A stretch of DNA of 40,189 bases, taken from an uncultured Muribaculaceae bacterium. GTDB lineage: Bacteria; Cyanobacteriota; Vampirovibrionia; Gastranaerophilales; Gastranaerophilaceae. Below are positions 1 through 9,116 of the stretch, piece by piece. Within the stretch, counting starts at the first letter, position 1. Each line of letters starts with the position of its first letter. A program made the translations under genes and the position numbers. The DNA is taken from NCBI GenBank assembly GCA_964617065.1, contig CAZTVM010000004.1, positions 1 through 40,189 of the forward strand. Reading direction: 5' to 3'. Below the pieces are notes generated by a model, which was not told the origin of the DNA, ran no database searches, and saw nothing but the letters and a program-made list of their open reading frames with translations.

Positions 1-123
1 GCCTGCTTTTTTAGTGTATTTATGTCAAATATCGACTCTAATTAGCATTAGATGATTGGAAGATTTACTGCACAATTATTTTGTTTGTAGTATTATGTTA
101 GCAAGGTAATTAACCTTGGAATT

Positions 124-870
124 ATGATAGATACTATGAACACACTGAACATCAAATATTATGAACAATTAAGTTCTACGAATGAGTATGCAATGTCAAA
201 TATTGCAGAAATTGCCAATAAAACGATTATTGTGGCTGCGAAGCAAATTAGTGGTTACGGTCGTTTTAAAAGAAAATGGCTTTCTGCTAATGAAGATAAT
301 TTATACGCTTCTATTGTTTTAAAGCCTGATTTTGCGCATGCTCCTAATTCTTTTTTGGCGAATTTTACACAATATTTTTCGGTTATACTTTGTGAAACAT
401 TTGAAAAGTACGATGTCAATGCTGAAATAAAATGGCCCAATGATGTCTTGATTAAAGGCAAGAAAATTGCTGGGATTTTGAGTGAAACGTCTTTTCAAGG
501 GCAAAATTTTAAAGGTTTAGTTTTAGGTTTTGGAATTAACTTGAACATGACTCAGGCTGAATTAGATTTGATTGACCAGCCTGCAACTGCATTGAATATT
601 GAAAAAAAGCAAAAAATTGATAAACAACAATTTTTAGAAACTTTGCTGACTGATTTTTTCGCAGATTACGAAAAATTTTTACTAGATGGTTTTGCTTTCA
701 TAAAATCAAGGTATGTGCAAAAATGTTCTTTTATCGGCAAAGAAATTTTAGTAAAGAATTTAGATAAGGAACAGTCAGGGTTGGCAATAGCCATTAACAA
801 TGATGGCTCTTTACAAATACAAAATGATAAAAAGGAATATAAAATACTAATGGGAGATATGACATGTTAG
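124..870 (+). CDS. birA: Biotin--protein ligase, short group-I form without N-terminal HTH repressor domain
   Basis: 248-aa ORF with BirA catalytic blocks (SGYGRFKRKWLS; KWPNDVLIKGKKIAGILSE). Its 3' end overlaps the next ORF by 7 nt. It sits directly upstream of a biotin-dependent decarboxylase operon. The start could be ATG 124 or ATG 136. Confidence 0.85.
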   Translation: MIDTMNTLNIKYYEQLSSTNEYAMSNIAEIANKTIIVAAKQISGYGRFKRKWLSANEDNLYASIVLKPDFAHAPNSFLANFTQYFSVILCETFEKYDVNAEIKWPNDVLIKGKKIAGILSETSFQGQNFKGLVLGFGINLNMTQAELDLIDQPATALNIEKKQKIDKQQFLETLLTDFFADYEKFLLDGFAFIKSRYVQKCSFIGKEILVKNLDKEQSGLAIAINNDGSLQIQNDKKEYKILMGDMTC

Positions 871-1085
871 AAGATGGACTTTTCGTTACAATAGTAGGAA
901 TTGGCGTAGTTTTTGGCTTTCTGTTGATACTTGTAATTACTATGAGTATTACTGCAAAAATTATGGTGGTAATTAATAAACTATTCCCGGAAGCTGTGGT
1001 TGTTACTGCTTCAAAAGTTAAAAAGGATACAAGTTTAGATGAAGAAATAGCTGTTGCTATAGCAGCTACAAAAGCTTTGCGTTAA
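864..1085 (+). CDS. oadG: Oxaloacetate decarboxylase gamma subunit (OadG family small membrane anchor)
   Basis: 73-aa ORF with a single N-terminal TM helix (FVTIVGIGVVFGFLLILVITM) typical of OadG. GGAG lies 7 nt upstream of the ATG. Position is immediately before the oadA/oadB homologs. Confidence 0.65.
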   Translation: MLEDGLFVTIVGIGVVFGFLLILVITMSITAKIMVVINKLFPEAVVVTASKVKKDTSLDEEIAVAIAATKALR

Positions 1086-1107
1086 TTAGAAAAAAGGAAA
1101 TAAGAAA

Positions 1108-2901
1108 ATGACAAAAAAACAAATCAGAGTTATGGACACATCATTCAGAGACGGTTTTCAATCTGTTTATGGGGCAAGAGTTTTTTCAAGAGATTTTTTG
1201 CCTGCATTAAAATCAGCCGTAGAAGCAGGTATAAGACATTTTGAAGTTGGCGGTGGCGCTAGATTTCAGTCTCCGTTTTTTTACTGCAATGAAAATGCAT
1301 TCGAGATGATGGATACAATCAGAGCTACTGTCGGCGATGACGTTAATTTACAAACGCTTGCTCGTGGTGTTAATGTTGTTGGACTTGAGTCACAAACAAA
1401 AGATGTAATCAATTTACATGCTAAATTGTTTAAAAAACATGGAATGACGACTATTCGTAATTTCGACGCCCTAAATGATGTAAATAATTTAATATACAGC
1501 GGTCAGTGTATAAGTAATAACGGATTAAATCATGAAGTTACAATAACGATGATGGGATTGCCTTTAGGTTGTGAAGGCGCTCACAATCCGGATTTTTACG
1601 AAATGGTATTGAGAAAAATTTTAGATTCAGGTTTACCGTTTAATTCTTTGGCTTTTAAAGACGCTTCAGGTACTTCTACTCCTGCTACTGTCTATGAAAC
1701 AGTGAAAAGAGCTCGTGCGTTACTGCCTGAAACTCATATTAGATTTCACTCACATGAAACTGCCGGCACTGGTTTGGCAATGTATTTAGCTGCACTCGAT
1801 GGTGGTGCTGATGGACTTGACCTTGCGATGAAACCTGTTTCAGGTGGTACGAGTCAGCCTGACATTATCTCCATGTGGCATGCGCTAAGAGGTTCTGAAT
1901 ATGATTTAGGTATTGATATAGACAAAATCGTAGAAACTGAAGCTGTTTTCAAAAATTGCATGAAAGATTACTTTATGCCTCCTGAAGCCGCTGCTGTTGA
2001 CCCGATGATTGTATTTTCTCCAATGCCGGGAGGCGCTTTGACCGCTAATACACAAATGATGAGAGATAATGACATTTTGGAAAAATATCCAGCAGTTATT
2101 GAGGCAATGAATGAAGTCGTTAAAAAAGGCGGGTTTGGTACTTCGGTTACGCCTGTGTCTCAATTCTATTTTCAACAAGCTTTCAATAATGTAATGTTCG
2201 GAGATTGGCAAAAAATTGCTGACGGTTACGGAAAAATGGTCTTGGGCTATTTTGGTAAAACACCTTGTGAACCAGATGCTGAGATTATTAAAATTTCTGC
2301 AGAACAATTAGGTTTGGAGCCTACTAATGAAACTGTTTTGGATTTGAATGAAAAAGATGAAAATAAAGGTATTGACGTTGCTCGCAAATTGTTGAAAGAC
2401 GCAAATTTAGAAGAAACAGAAGAAAATTTATTCATTGCAGCTGCTTGTAAAGAAAAAGGTATTACTTTCTTGAAAGGTGAAGCCACGACAAATGTTCGCA
2501 AAAACATCTCAAATCCAGACACTGCATGTTCTGATAGCGAAAAATCTGACAGTTACACAGTTAAAGTAAACGACAAAGTTTATTGTGTAAAATTCGATGG
2601 CGGAAAAGCTGTTGTAAATAACAAAACTTACGATGTTTCGATGACAGCGGGAATAGCTGAAAAAACAGCAACTGAGTCTTCAAGTGATGCTACAGAAGTC
2701 AAAGCGCCATTGCCGGGAGCTGTGATGAAAGTGTTGGTTAATCAAAATGACACAGTATCAGAGGGCGACACGCTTATTGTTGTCGAAGCTATGAAAATGG
2801 AAACAGAAATTAAGGCACCTACAAATGGTTGTGTCTCAGCTGTTATGGTTTCTACTGGAGATCATATCACTTCTGGGCAAACTTTAGTAAGTATTAATTA
2901 A
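1108..2901 (+). CDS. oadA: Oxaloacetate decarboxylase alpha subunit (carboxyltransferase domain plus C-terminal biotinyl domain)
   Basis: The N-terminus [13 protein letters not shown] is the HMGL-like/5S carboxyltransferase signature. The C-terminal biotinyl domain carries [11 protein letters not shown], with the biotinyl-Lys codon at about 2794-2796. AAGGAAA SD upstream. Confidence 0.9.
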   Translation: MTKKQIRVMDTSFRDGFQSVYGARVFSRDFLPALKSAVEAGIRHFEVGGGARFQSPFFYCNENAFEMMDTIRATVGDDVNLQTLARGVNVVGLESQTKDVINLHAKLFKKHGMTTIRNFDALNDVNNLIYSGQCISNNGLNHEVTITMMGLPLGCEGAHNPDFYEMVLRKILDSGLPFNSLAFKDASGTSTPATVYETVKRARALLPETHIRFHSHETAGTGLAMYLAALDGGADGLDLAMKPVSGGTSQPDIISMWHALRGSEYDLGIDIDKIVETEAVFKNCMKDYFMPPEAAAVDPMIVFSPMPGGALTANTQMMRDNDILEKYPAVIEAMNEVVKKGGFGTSVTPVSQFYFQQAFNNVMFGDWQKIADGYGKMVLGYFGKTPCEPDAEIIKISAEQLGLEPTNETVLDLNEKDENKGIDVARKLLKDANLEETEENLFIAAACKEKGITFLKGEATTNVRKNISNPDTACSDSEKSDSYTVKVNDKVYCVKFDGGKAVVNNKTYDVSMTAGIAEKTATESSSDATEVKAPLPGAVMKVLVNQNDTVSEGDTLIVVEAMKMETEIKAPTNGCVSAVMVSTGDHITSGQTLVSIN

Positions 2902-2914
2902 AAAGGAGCGTAAT

Positions 2915-4102
2915 GTGAATATACTAAACGGTTTAATTGATTTATATAATGAAACAGGTTTCGCAAATATTGTAAAATCTCCGTTGGAGGGGCTTTCAGG
3001 TATTGAACAATTTTTGCATGTTTACGGAACTATTATAATGTTTGCGGTGTGCTTGCTTTTATTGTTTCTTGCGATAAAAAAAGGTTACGAACCGCTATTA
3101 CTTTTGCCTATTGGCTTTGGAGGAATATTGGCAAATATTCCAGTCGCAGGCATAGCGCAAGATGGTGGATTTTTACACATAATTTATAGCGCAGGTATAG
3201 AATCTGGTTTGTTTCCACTTTTCATATTTATGGGCGTTGGTGCAATGACTGATTTTGGTCCATTAATTGCGAATCCCAAAACGGCTTTACTCGGTGGTGC
3301 GGCTCAATTTGGAATATTTGGTGCTCTTTTAGGTGCATTATTCTTGGGGCAATACTGTGGATTTGACTTCGGAATGGCTGAAGCAGCTTCAATTGGTATT
3401 ATCGGTGGTGCTGACGGTCCTACCTCTATTTTTGTTACCTCAAAATTAGCGCCTGATTTACTTGGCGCAATTGCGGTTGCTGCGTATTCTTATATGGCAC
3501 TTGTCCCTATAATTCAACCGCCGATAATGAAAGCTCTCACGACTGAAGCTGAAAGAAAAATACAAATGTGTCAACTTCGTCCTGTTACGCAAAGAGAAAA
3601 AATTATATTTCCTCTTATCGTTTTAGCTTTGTGCATTATCTTTTTACCGAGTGCTACGCCTCTTATAGGTGCTTTAACTTTTGGCAATCTTGTTAAAGAA
3701 TGTGGTGTCACTGAAAGGTTATCGAAAACTTTGCAAAATGAATTTATCAATATTGTTACTATTTTGCTCGGTCTTTCTGTTGGTTCGAAGCTGTCGGCTG
3801 ACAAATTTCTTTCGCTTGAAACTTTAGGGATTTTGTTCTTAGGCTTATTAGCTTTTTCGCTGGCTACTGCATCAGGCGTTATTTTTGCCAAAATAATGAA
3901 TTTTCTATCGAAAGAAAAAATCAATCCGCTTATCGGCGCAGCAGGCGTTTCAGCCGTGCCGATGGCAGCTCGTGTTGTTAATAAAGTCGGATTGGAATAC
4001 AATAACCAAAACTTCCTGCTAATGCACGCAATGGGACCTAATGTTGCCGGTGTTATCGGCTCAGCTGTTGCGGCAGGTGTTTTATTATCACTATGTCATT
4101 AA
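2915..4102 (+). CDS. oadB: Na+-translocating decarboxylase beta subunit (OadB/GcdB/MmdB family)
   Basis: GTG start after an AAGGAG SD. Polytopic membrane protein with family blocks [13 protein letters not shown] and [14 protein letters not shown]. Confidence 0.9.
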   Translation: MNILNGLIDLYNETGFANIVKSPLEGLSGIEQFLHVYGTIIMFAVCLLLLFLAIKKGYEPLLLLPIGFGGILANIPVAGIAQDGGFLHIIYSAGIESGLFPLFIFMGVGAMTDFGPLIANPKTALLGGAAQFGIFGALLGALFLGQYCGFDFGMAEAASIGIIGGADGPTSIFVTSKLAPDLLGAIAVAAYSYMALVPIIQPPIMKALTTEAERKIQMCQLRPVTQREKIIFPLIVLALCIIFLPSATPLIGALTFGNLVKECGVTERLSKTLQNEFINIVTILLGLSVGSKLSADKFLSLETLGILFLGLLAFSLATASGVIFAKIMNFLSKEKINPLIGAAGVSAVPMAARVVNKVGLEYNNQNFLLMHAMGPNVAGVIGSAVAAGVLLSLCH

Positions 4103-4136
4103 TCAAATTCAAGTCATAATTTAAAAGGAGAAAAAA

Positions 4137-5798
4137 ATGAGTACAATTGAATTTTTTAGAAACTCTGAAGAACTAAAGCAAATTACATCGGCTGCTCGTG
4201 CAACCCTTACTGCTCCGTTCTTCGGTAACAATGTAGAACCTGTAAAGTCGGTAGCTGAAGCTTATAAACTCGCTAAAGATAGCTCAGGAACTATTGAATT
4301 AACAGGAATGCCGGTTTATATGCCGGAAAAAATCGGTTTACCTCAAGGCGCTAATCAACTACTATTCAACGATGGAACTGTTGTCGGTCGTTGTGCTGCT
4401 GCGAGAAAAATCGTCGGTGAACCTGGTTGTGATTTAAAACAGCTTTTGCCTGTAATAAGAGAAGCTGTTTACAATACTCGTGACAGGCTGATGTATCGTA
4501 CGGAAGCAGTGGTTGGTCTAGACAATGACTTTATGATTAAAGCCCATTTGCTAATCCCTGAAGGTTTTGAAAACGTTATGTATTCTTGGCTTTTAAACTT
4601 CCAGTACATAAATGAAACTTACGCTGAAATGTACTCTAATTCAAGAGAAATATCAGAAGGTGATATATACGTATTTTCTGATCCTGACTGGACACATCCT
4701 GATTTCCCTTATGGATTAACATTCTTTGACCCGAAACACAATTGTGCCGCAATTCTAGGCATGAGATATTTCGGAGAACATAAAAAAGGTACATTGACAC
4801 TTGCATGGGGCGCTGCTGCCAGAAATGGTTATGCGTCATGTCATGGCGGTATGAAAAGATACAATTTAGAAGCTGGTCGCTCTTTCCAAGCTGCTGTTTT
4901 TGGACTTTCGGGCTCTGGTAAATCTACTATTACTCATGCTAAACACAACAATAAGTACGATATCACAGTTTTACACGATGATGCTTTTGTAATTAACGTT
5001 CATGACAAGTACACAATTGCTCTTGAACCTGCTTATTTCGATAAAACGGCTGACTATCCGATGGGTTGTGAAGACAATAAATATATTCTTACTCAACAAA
5101 ACAATGGTGCTATCGAGGGTTCTGATGGCAAAGTCTATTCAATTACTGAAGATATAAGAAATGGCAACGGTCGTGCAGTTAAATCGAAACTCTGGTCACC
5201 TAATAGAGTTGATAGAATTAACGAGTCAATAAATGCTATTTTCTGGTTGATGAAAGATCCGACAATTCCACCTGTATTGAAACTTAATGGTGCTTCGCTC
5301 GGCTCTGCTATGGGTGCTACTTTAGCTACGAAACGCTCATCTGCTGAAAGATTGGTCGCCGGTGTTGATCCAAATGCTTTAGTCGTTGAGCCTTATGCTA
5401 ACCCATTCAGAGTTTACCCTCTAGAAATGGATTACAATAGATTTAAACAACTTATTCAAGATGGTGTTGCTTGTTATATTTTGAATACCGGTGATTTTAT
5501 GGGTACTAAAGTTCAACCTAAACACACTTTGGGTATTCTTGAAGCTATCGTTGAAGGAAACGCTAAGTTCCGTAAATGGGAAAATTTCTCTGATATTGAA
5601 ATTATGGATATTGATGGCTTTGACGCTTCTTTTGCTGATAAAGACTATGCTGACCAATTCGTTAAACGTGTGCAAGACAGAATTGAATTCGTTAAATCGA
5701 GAGAAGTTGAAAAAGCAGGCTTAGACAGATTGCCTGACGATGCTTTAGACGCATTGCAAAATGTGATTAATCAGGCTCATACTACTGCTGCTGTATAA
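4137..5798 (+). CDS. pckA: Phosphoenolpyruvate carboxykinase (ATP-dependent type)
   Basis: 553-aa ORF with an AAGGAGAA SD. Kinase-1a P-loop FGLSGSGKST followed by LHDDAF, and an overall PEPCK-ATP-like layout. Confidence 0.8.
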   Translation: MSTIEFFRNSEELKQITSAARATLTAPFFGNNVEPVKSVAEAYKLAKDSSGTIELTGMPVYMPEKIGLPQGANQLLFNDGTVVGRCAAARKIVGEPGCDLKQLLPVIREAVYNTRDRLMYRTEAVVGLDNDFMIKAHLLIPEGFENVMYSWLLNFQYINETYAEMYSNSREISEGDIYVFSDPDWTHPDFPYGLTFFDPKHNCAAILGMRYFGEHKKGTLTLAWGAAARNGYASCHGGMKRYNLEAGRSFQAAVFGLSGSGKSTITHAKHNNKYDITVLHDDAFVINVHDKYTIALEPAYFDKTADYPMGCEDNKYILTQQNNGAIEGSDGKVYSITEDIRNGNGRAVKSKLWSPNRVDRINESINAIFWLMKDPTIPPVLKLNGASLGSAMGATLATKRSSAERLVAGVDPNALVVEPYANPFRVYPLEMDYNRFKQLIQDGVACYILNTGDFMGTKVQPKHTLGILEAIVEGNAKFRKWENFSDIEIMDIDGFDASFADKDYADQFVKRVQDRIEFVKSREVEKAGLDRLPDDALDALQNVINQAHTTAAV

Positions 5799-5813
5799 TA
5801 ATATTACATTTTT

Positions 5814-5849
5814 AAAGAGGTTTTTTATTGATAAAAAACCTCTTTTTTT
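5814..5849 (+). terminator. Rho-independent terminator ending the birA-oadGAB-pckA operon
   Basis: Perfect 13-bp stem AAAGAGGTTTTTT / AAAAAACCTCTTT with the 6-nt loop ATTGAT, running into a T-tract. It lies 16 nt after the pckA stop. Confidence 0.85.
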
Positions 5850-5930
5850 GTATCCGTTTTTTTTTAACTTGTTAAATAATCTTATAAGCCTTGTTGTACA
5901 ATTCTTTTGCCTTTTAACTAGAACAAAAGC

Positions 5931-5959
5931 TTGACTTTTGTATTTATAAGTGGTAGAAT
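5931..5959 (+). promoter_or_regulatory. Sigma-70-type promoter with extended -10 (TTGACT-N17-TAGAAT, TG at -15/-14)
   Basis: TTGACT at 5931-5936, a 17-nt spacer ending in TGG, TAGAAT at 5954-5959. The ORF-track TTG start at 5931 is this -35 box. Confidence 0.6.
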
Positions 5960-6008
5960 GCCAAAAATTGAGTATTTTTTAAGAAAGAGCAAAGTAAGGA
6001 AAATCCCC

Positions 6009-6578
6009 ATGACAAGAGTTAGTTGTGTCAATAATTCAGAACCTAAAGTAAGTATGTTTAATTATGCTGCAATGGGAGCATTGGGCGGTTATGCCCTGAA
6101 ATATACGTTGCCTTTGACTGAAAAAGAAAAAAATTTGTATAATAAAGACTTTTTTACTCGTGAGCAGACAGGTTTGAGCACAAATATTCGCAAAGAATTT
6201 ATTGAAAACATAGAAAATGCAGCAAAAAAAAATCCTGAAAATAAAGTATACAGTACTTTTCTAGCCGTTGTAGGTAAAAAAGGTGAAAACGTTGAAAATC
6301 TCGAAAAAAATGCTGTATTTCAAAAAAGTTCTAAAGAAATTCAAAACGGCGTAGAGCAGTTAATGAGCTCGTATAGTAATATATCAAAAGATGTAAAAAA
6401 CTTTGGTGAACATACGTTCAATACGCTTGTAAAAACGGCACGTTCAGCACCTCTTTTTATTGGTGTTGGGGCATTAGCCGGTGTAGTCGCAGCTGTCGGC
6501 GTAAATGCATTGAATAAGAACGGCGAGCGACTCGAAGCTGAATACGAAAAAGAAAAAGCTTTCGACGAAATAGCTTAG
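6009..6578 (+). CDS. Hypothetical membrane protein (hydrophobic segments at both ends, Lys/Glu/Asn-rich middle)
   Basis: The ATG at 6009 is preceded by an AAGGAAA SD and lies downstream of the promoter above. There is a glycine-rich hydrophobic N-terminal stretch (FNYAAMGALGGYAL) and a C-terminal TM (APLFIGVGALAGVVAAVGV). I recognise no family. Confidence 0.55.
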   Translation: MTRVSCVNNSEPKVSMFNYAAMGALGGYALKYTLPLTEKEKNLYNKDFFTREQTGLSTNIRKEFIENIENAAKKNPENKVYSTFLAVVGKKGENVENLEKNAVFQKSSKEIQNGVEQLMSSYSNISKDVKNFGEHTFNTLVKTARSAPLFIGVGALAGVVAAVGVNALNKNGERLEAEYEKEKAFDEIA

Positions 6579-7351
6579 TTCAGTCCGACATAAAAATTTT
6601 CATCTTTAGAGAGTTTTGAGTAGCAGTTATTCAAAACTTCATTTTTTATTTGCGCTGAGTTCATTACTTTTAAAAGTTTGTAAACTTTTTCACGTATCGT
6701 GTAGTCATCAAAAATAGACATCTTTTCTATAACATTTTGGAGCTTTAACAAGTTAAAGTCAACTTTGTACTTCGTGGTAAGCGCAGCGTCTAAAACTGTA
6801 GTTAGAGCTTCAAATGTCCAGTATAATTTGAATGTTTTTTTGTTAATCAAATGTTTAGGTATGCTACTGCACTCTTTTTCTATTTCATTCACCAAAACGT
6901 CTAATTTTTCCAGAATTAAATCAATTAGTATATTTCTTTCGTTTATAAATGTTAACACTTCAATGATTAAACGACAAATAGCAGGATTAACGTCAGTAGA
7001 GCCTTCTAAAAGTGTTTGCATTACAGATTTTGATTGAAAAAATTTTGTGAATTTGTTCTCTTTCACAAGTTCGTTTATTTTGAATGCGGTAGTTTCTCTA
7101 ATTCTGCCATCTTGTTTAGTTAGATTTTGAAGCAATTTATCAGCGTCCGATTGCTGTCTTATTTCTTGTAAATTAAGCAAGCAAGCTTGTTTTTTTATGA
7201 TATTATTATTTTGTAATTCTTTAATAATATTGTCATAATCGATACTATCACAACATAGTTCGCAGGCGAGTTGAGAGTTATTTTCTTCAATAGAATGATT
7301 AATATTTTTCATAGTATTAAAAATATAGCACAACAGGGGATTAAAAAACAT
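6575..7351 (-). CDS. Hypothetical protein, HEAT/ARM-like helical repeat protein with N-terminal Cys cluster
   Basis: 258-aa ORF. HEAT-like segments by eye (DGRIRETTAFKINELV, NPAICRLIIEVL, DDYTIREKVYKLL) and CELCCD near the N-terminus. No SD; the start is uncertain (7351 or 7312). Confidence 0.45.
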   Translation of the reverse strand: MFFNPLLCYIFNTMKNINHSIEENNSQLACELCCDSIDYDNIIKELQNNNIIKKQACLLNLQEIRQQSDADKLLQNLTKQDGRIRETTAFKINELVKENKFTKFFQSKSVMQTLLEGSTDVNPAICRLIIEVLTFINERNILIDLILEKLDVLVNEIEKECSSIPKHLINKKTFKLYWTFEALTTVLDAALTTKYKVDFNLLKLQNVIEKMSIFDDYTIREKVYKLLKVMNSAQIKNEVLNNCYSKLSKDENFYVGLN

Positions 7352-7412
7352 TCAAAATAATTTAAAAATGGTATATAATATTTTTAAAGACAACAGTAAC
7401 GAGGGAAAGACA

Positions 7413-7595
7413 ATGAACGGAATAATAGATTTTATAAAAGACCTATTGATGTTAAAAAAAGAAGACAAATCATACGTCGGCTTAGCATGGTTAACCAAAA
7501 ATGCAGAGTCTGAAAAGATTGTAGACTCTATTCCTAAGAAACCAAAATCAACTTCTGAAATAAAAATATCTGACTTAATGCGTCGTGCCGGTTGA
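7413..7595 (+). CDS. Small hypothetical protein (60 aa), basic C-terminus ending KISDLMRRAG
   Basis: The internal ATG at 7413 has a GAGGGAAAGACA SD. The ORF-track start at 7368 overlaps a TGGTATATA extended -10-like box. Confidence 0.45.
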   Translation: MNGIIDFIKDLLMLKKEDKSYVGLAWLTKNAESEKIVDSIPKKPKSTSEIKISDLMRRAG

Positions 7596-7695
7596 TATTA
7601 AATAAGTTGTAATAAATATTTTAGTATTGGTGTTCATCATGCTTTCTCCACAAGGTGTGATATTGCTTAAATCAAATAAATTGGTTACGTCATCA

Positions 7696-9114
7696 TTAAG
7701 CGGAAAGTTTGCATTCGATTTCAAAAAATCTGTCCCAAGGAAATTCGTATACAATATCAGAAAAATCTGTTTTCAAAAAATTTTTCAATATATTTTCGTA
7801 AGGCACCATCAATTCTTTTACAGTATCCTCAGAGAGCCCACAATTAGTGGTTTTCATTTGTTGTCTTACATTAGATTGGTAAGCCCAGTCGTCTAAAAAT
7901 CTCGTAAATATTGTCAGATTAAATTTTCTAATATCAATTGATTTTGAAACTAACCTTGATAACGAAATGGCTATGACACTGCCTAACGTGTTACTTGTGG
8001 TATTCCAACCGGCATAACCGTACAAAGTGTCAACACTCTGGTTTTTGTTAAAAAGTGTTGCTACAAAGCTGTTATCTGCGCCATTGGCATTCAAAATATC
8101 CGCTATAAAATAAGGCTTTTTAGGCAACTCAAACTGGTCATAAAAGCCCTCCTCGTAAACGCCCATTACGAGCTCACCCTGTTCATTTTTAAAATTGTTG
8201 ACCAATAAAATCAAGTCGGCGTCTTGCTCATTTTCTGTCTCAATCGCTCCAGCTAATTCTATTTGCAGACTGACAGAAGTTTTTACAGATATATCTTCAT
8301 ATTTTGATATTTTACTCGTAAATTCTGGTTGCGTAAAAATAGTTTTAATTTTGATTGTTTTATTGTCTGTAAACACTTTTGAGAGTAACGTTAGTGGTAT
8401 TTCATCTGCGCCTGTTTTTACAGTAGCATCGAGATTTTCATCGTTTATCATTTGCTGCAAAATCTGTGCTTCCTTCACATTAAACCCATATTGAGCGCAA
8501 TCGTCTTTTGAATAAACTATAAAATCTAAAATCCCATTTTTAAGCCACTCAAGATAGTATTTATTTACATTAAAATTTCTTTCTCTTGTTTGAGTGTAAT
8601 CGTCGATAATCGCCTTTGGTAAAGTATTTTTAATACAATTACATTTATTTTGCGCTTCTGCCTCGAAAAGTGCCTCCGCACGATGTTTATTATAGGAATA
8701 ATCAAATATTTTTTTTCCGTATTGTGACCAGTATGTTTTTTCTTCTTCATTTATATTGTTGTTCGAAATACGCATTATACTTGAAAATGCAAAAACTTTT
8801 GCTGTTTTTTTGCTCAAAATATTTTTTAAATTTTCCAAATTTTCAACAATTCTTTCATACACATCTTCTGACTTTCTAGAGTTAATCAACCCGCCATAGG
8901 CTATAGTATCAAGAGCAATAACTATATAGTCAGGATTTTCAACAGATTTTAACCATTCGAGAATTTTTTTAGCGTCTGCGTTAGTTTTTAGTCCGCCTAG
9001 TAAATTTCTTGGTGGTAAAAAAATTTCATAATCGTCGCTAAAATCTATTATTTGTTTAGGCAAACAATAACATACAGGTCTGTTGTCAATTGGTACAAAT
9101 GCAATTTTTTTCAT
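7696..9114 (-). CDS. DUF4127-like protein (uncharacterised family)
   Basis: 472-aa ORF. The N-terminal motif FVPIDNRPVCY and the length match my recollection of DUF4127. The start is 2 nt downstream of the upstream gene's stop, with an AGGA SD inside that gene's end. Confidence 0.5.
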   Translation of the reverse strand: MKKIAFVPIDNRPVCYCLPKQIIDFSDDYEIFLPPRNLLGGLKTNADAKKILEWLKSVENPDYIVIALDTIAYGGLINSRKSEDVYERIVENLENLKNILSKKTAKVFAFSSIMRISNNNINEEEKTYWSQYGKKIFDYSYNKHRAEALFEAEAQNKCNCIKNTLPKAIIDDYTQTRERNFNVNKYYLEWLKNGILDFIVYSKDDCAQYGFNVKEAQILQQMINDENLDATVKTGADEIPLTLLSKVFTDNKTIKIKTIFTQPEFTSKISKYEDISVKTSVSLQIELAGAIETENEQDADLILLVNNFKNEQGELVMGVYEEGFYDQFELPKKPYFIADILNANGADNSFVATLFNKNQSVDTLYGYAGWNTTSNTLGSVIAISLSRLVSKSIDIRKFNLTIFTRFLDDWAYQSNVRQQMKTTNCGLSEDTVKELMVPYENILKNFLKTDFSDIVYEFPWDRFFEIECKLSA

Positions 9115-9116
9115 GG

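Noticed and set aside
1-16. GCCTGCTTTTTTAG at the window edge, looking like the 3' arm plus U-tract of a terminator for an upstream gene.
   Set aside because: The 5' arm would lie outside the window, so it cannot be verified.
255-504. Minus-strand ORFs of 60-140 aa inside birA. Similar antisense or off-frame ORFs lie inside oadA, oadB, pckA, ileS, the kinase/regulator, slt, recF, ccdA, the permeases and pgi.
   Set aside because: Each is fully embedded in a longer ORF with clear family signatures. None has an SD, and the translations look like compositional noise.
7627-7896. Plus-strand 89-aa ORF overlapping the 3' end of the DUF4127 gene.
   Set aside because: It is mostly antisense to a better-supported gene, has no SD, and its sequence is Phe/Ile/Lys-rich noise.
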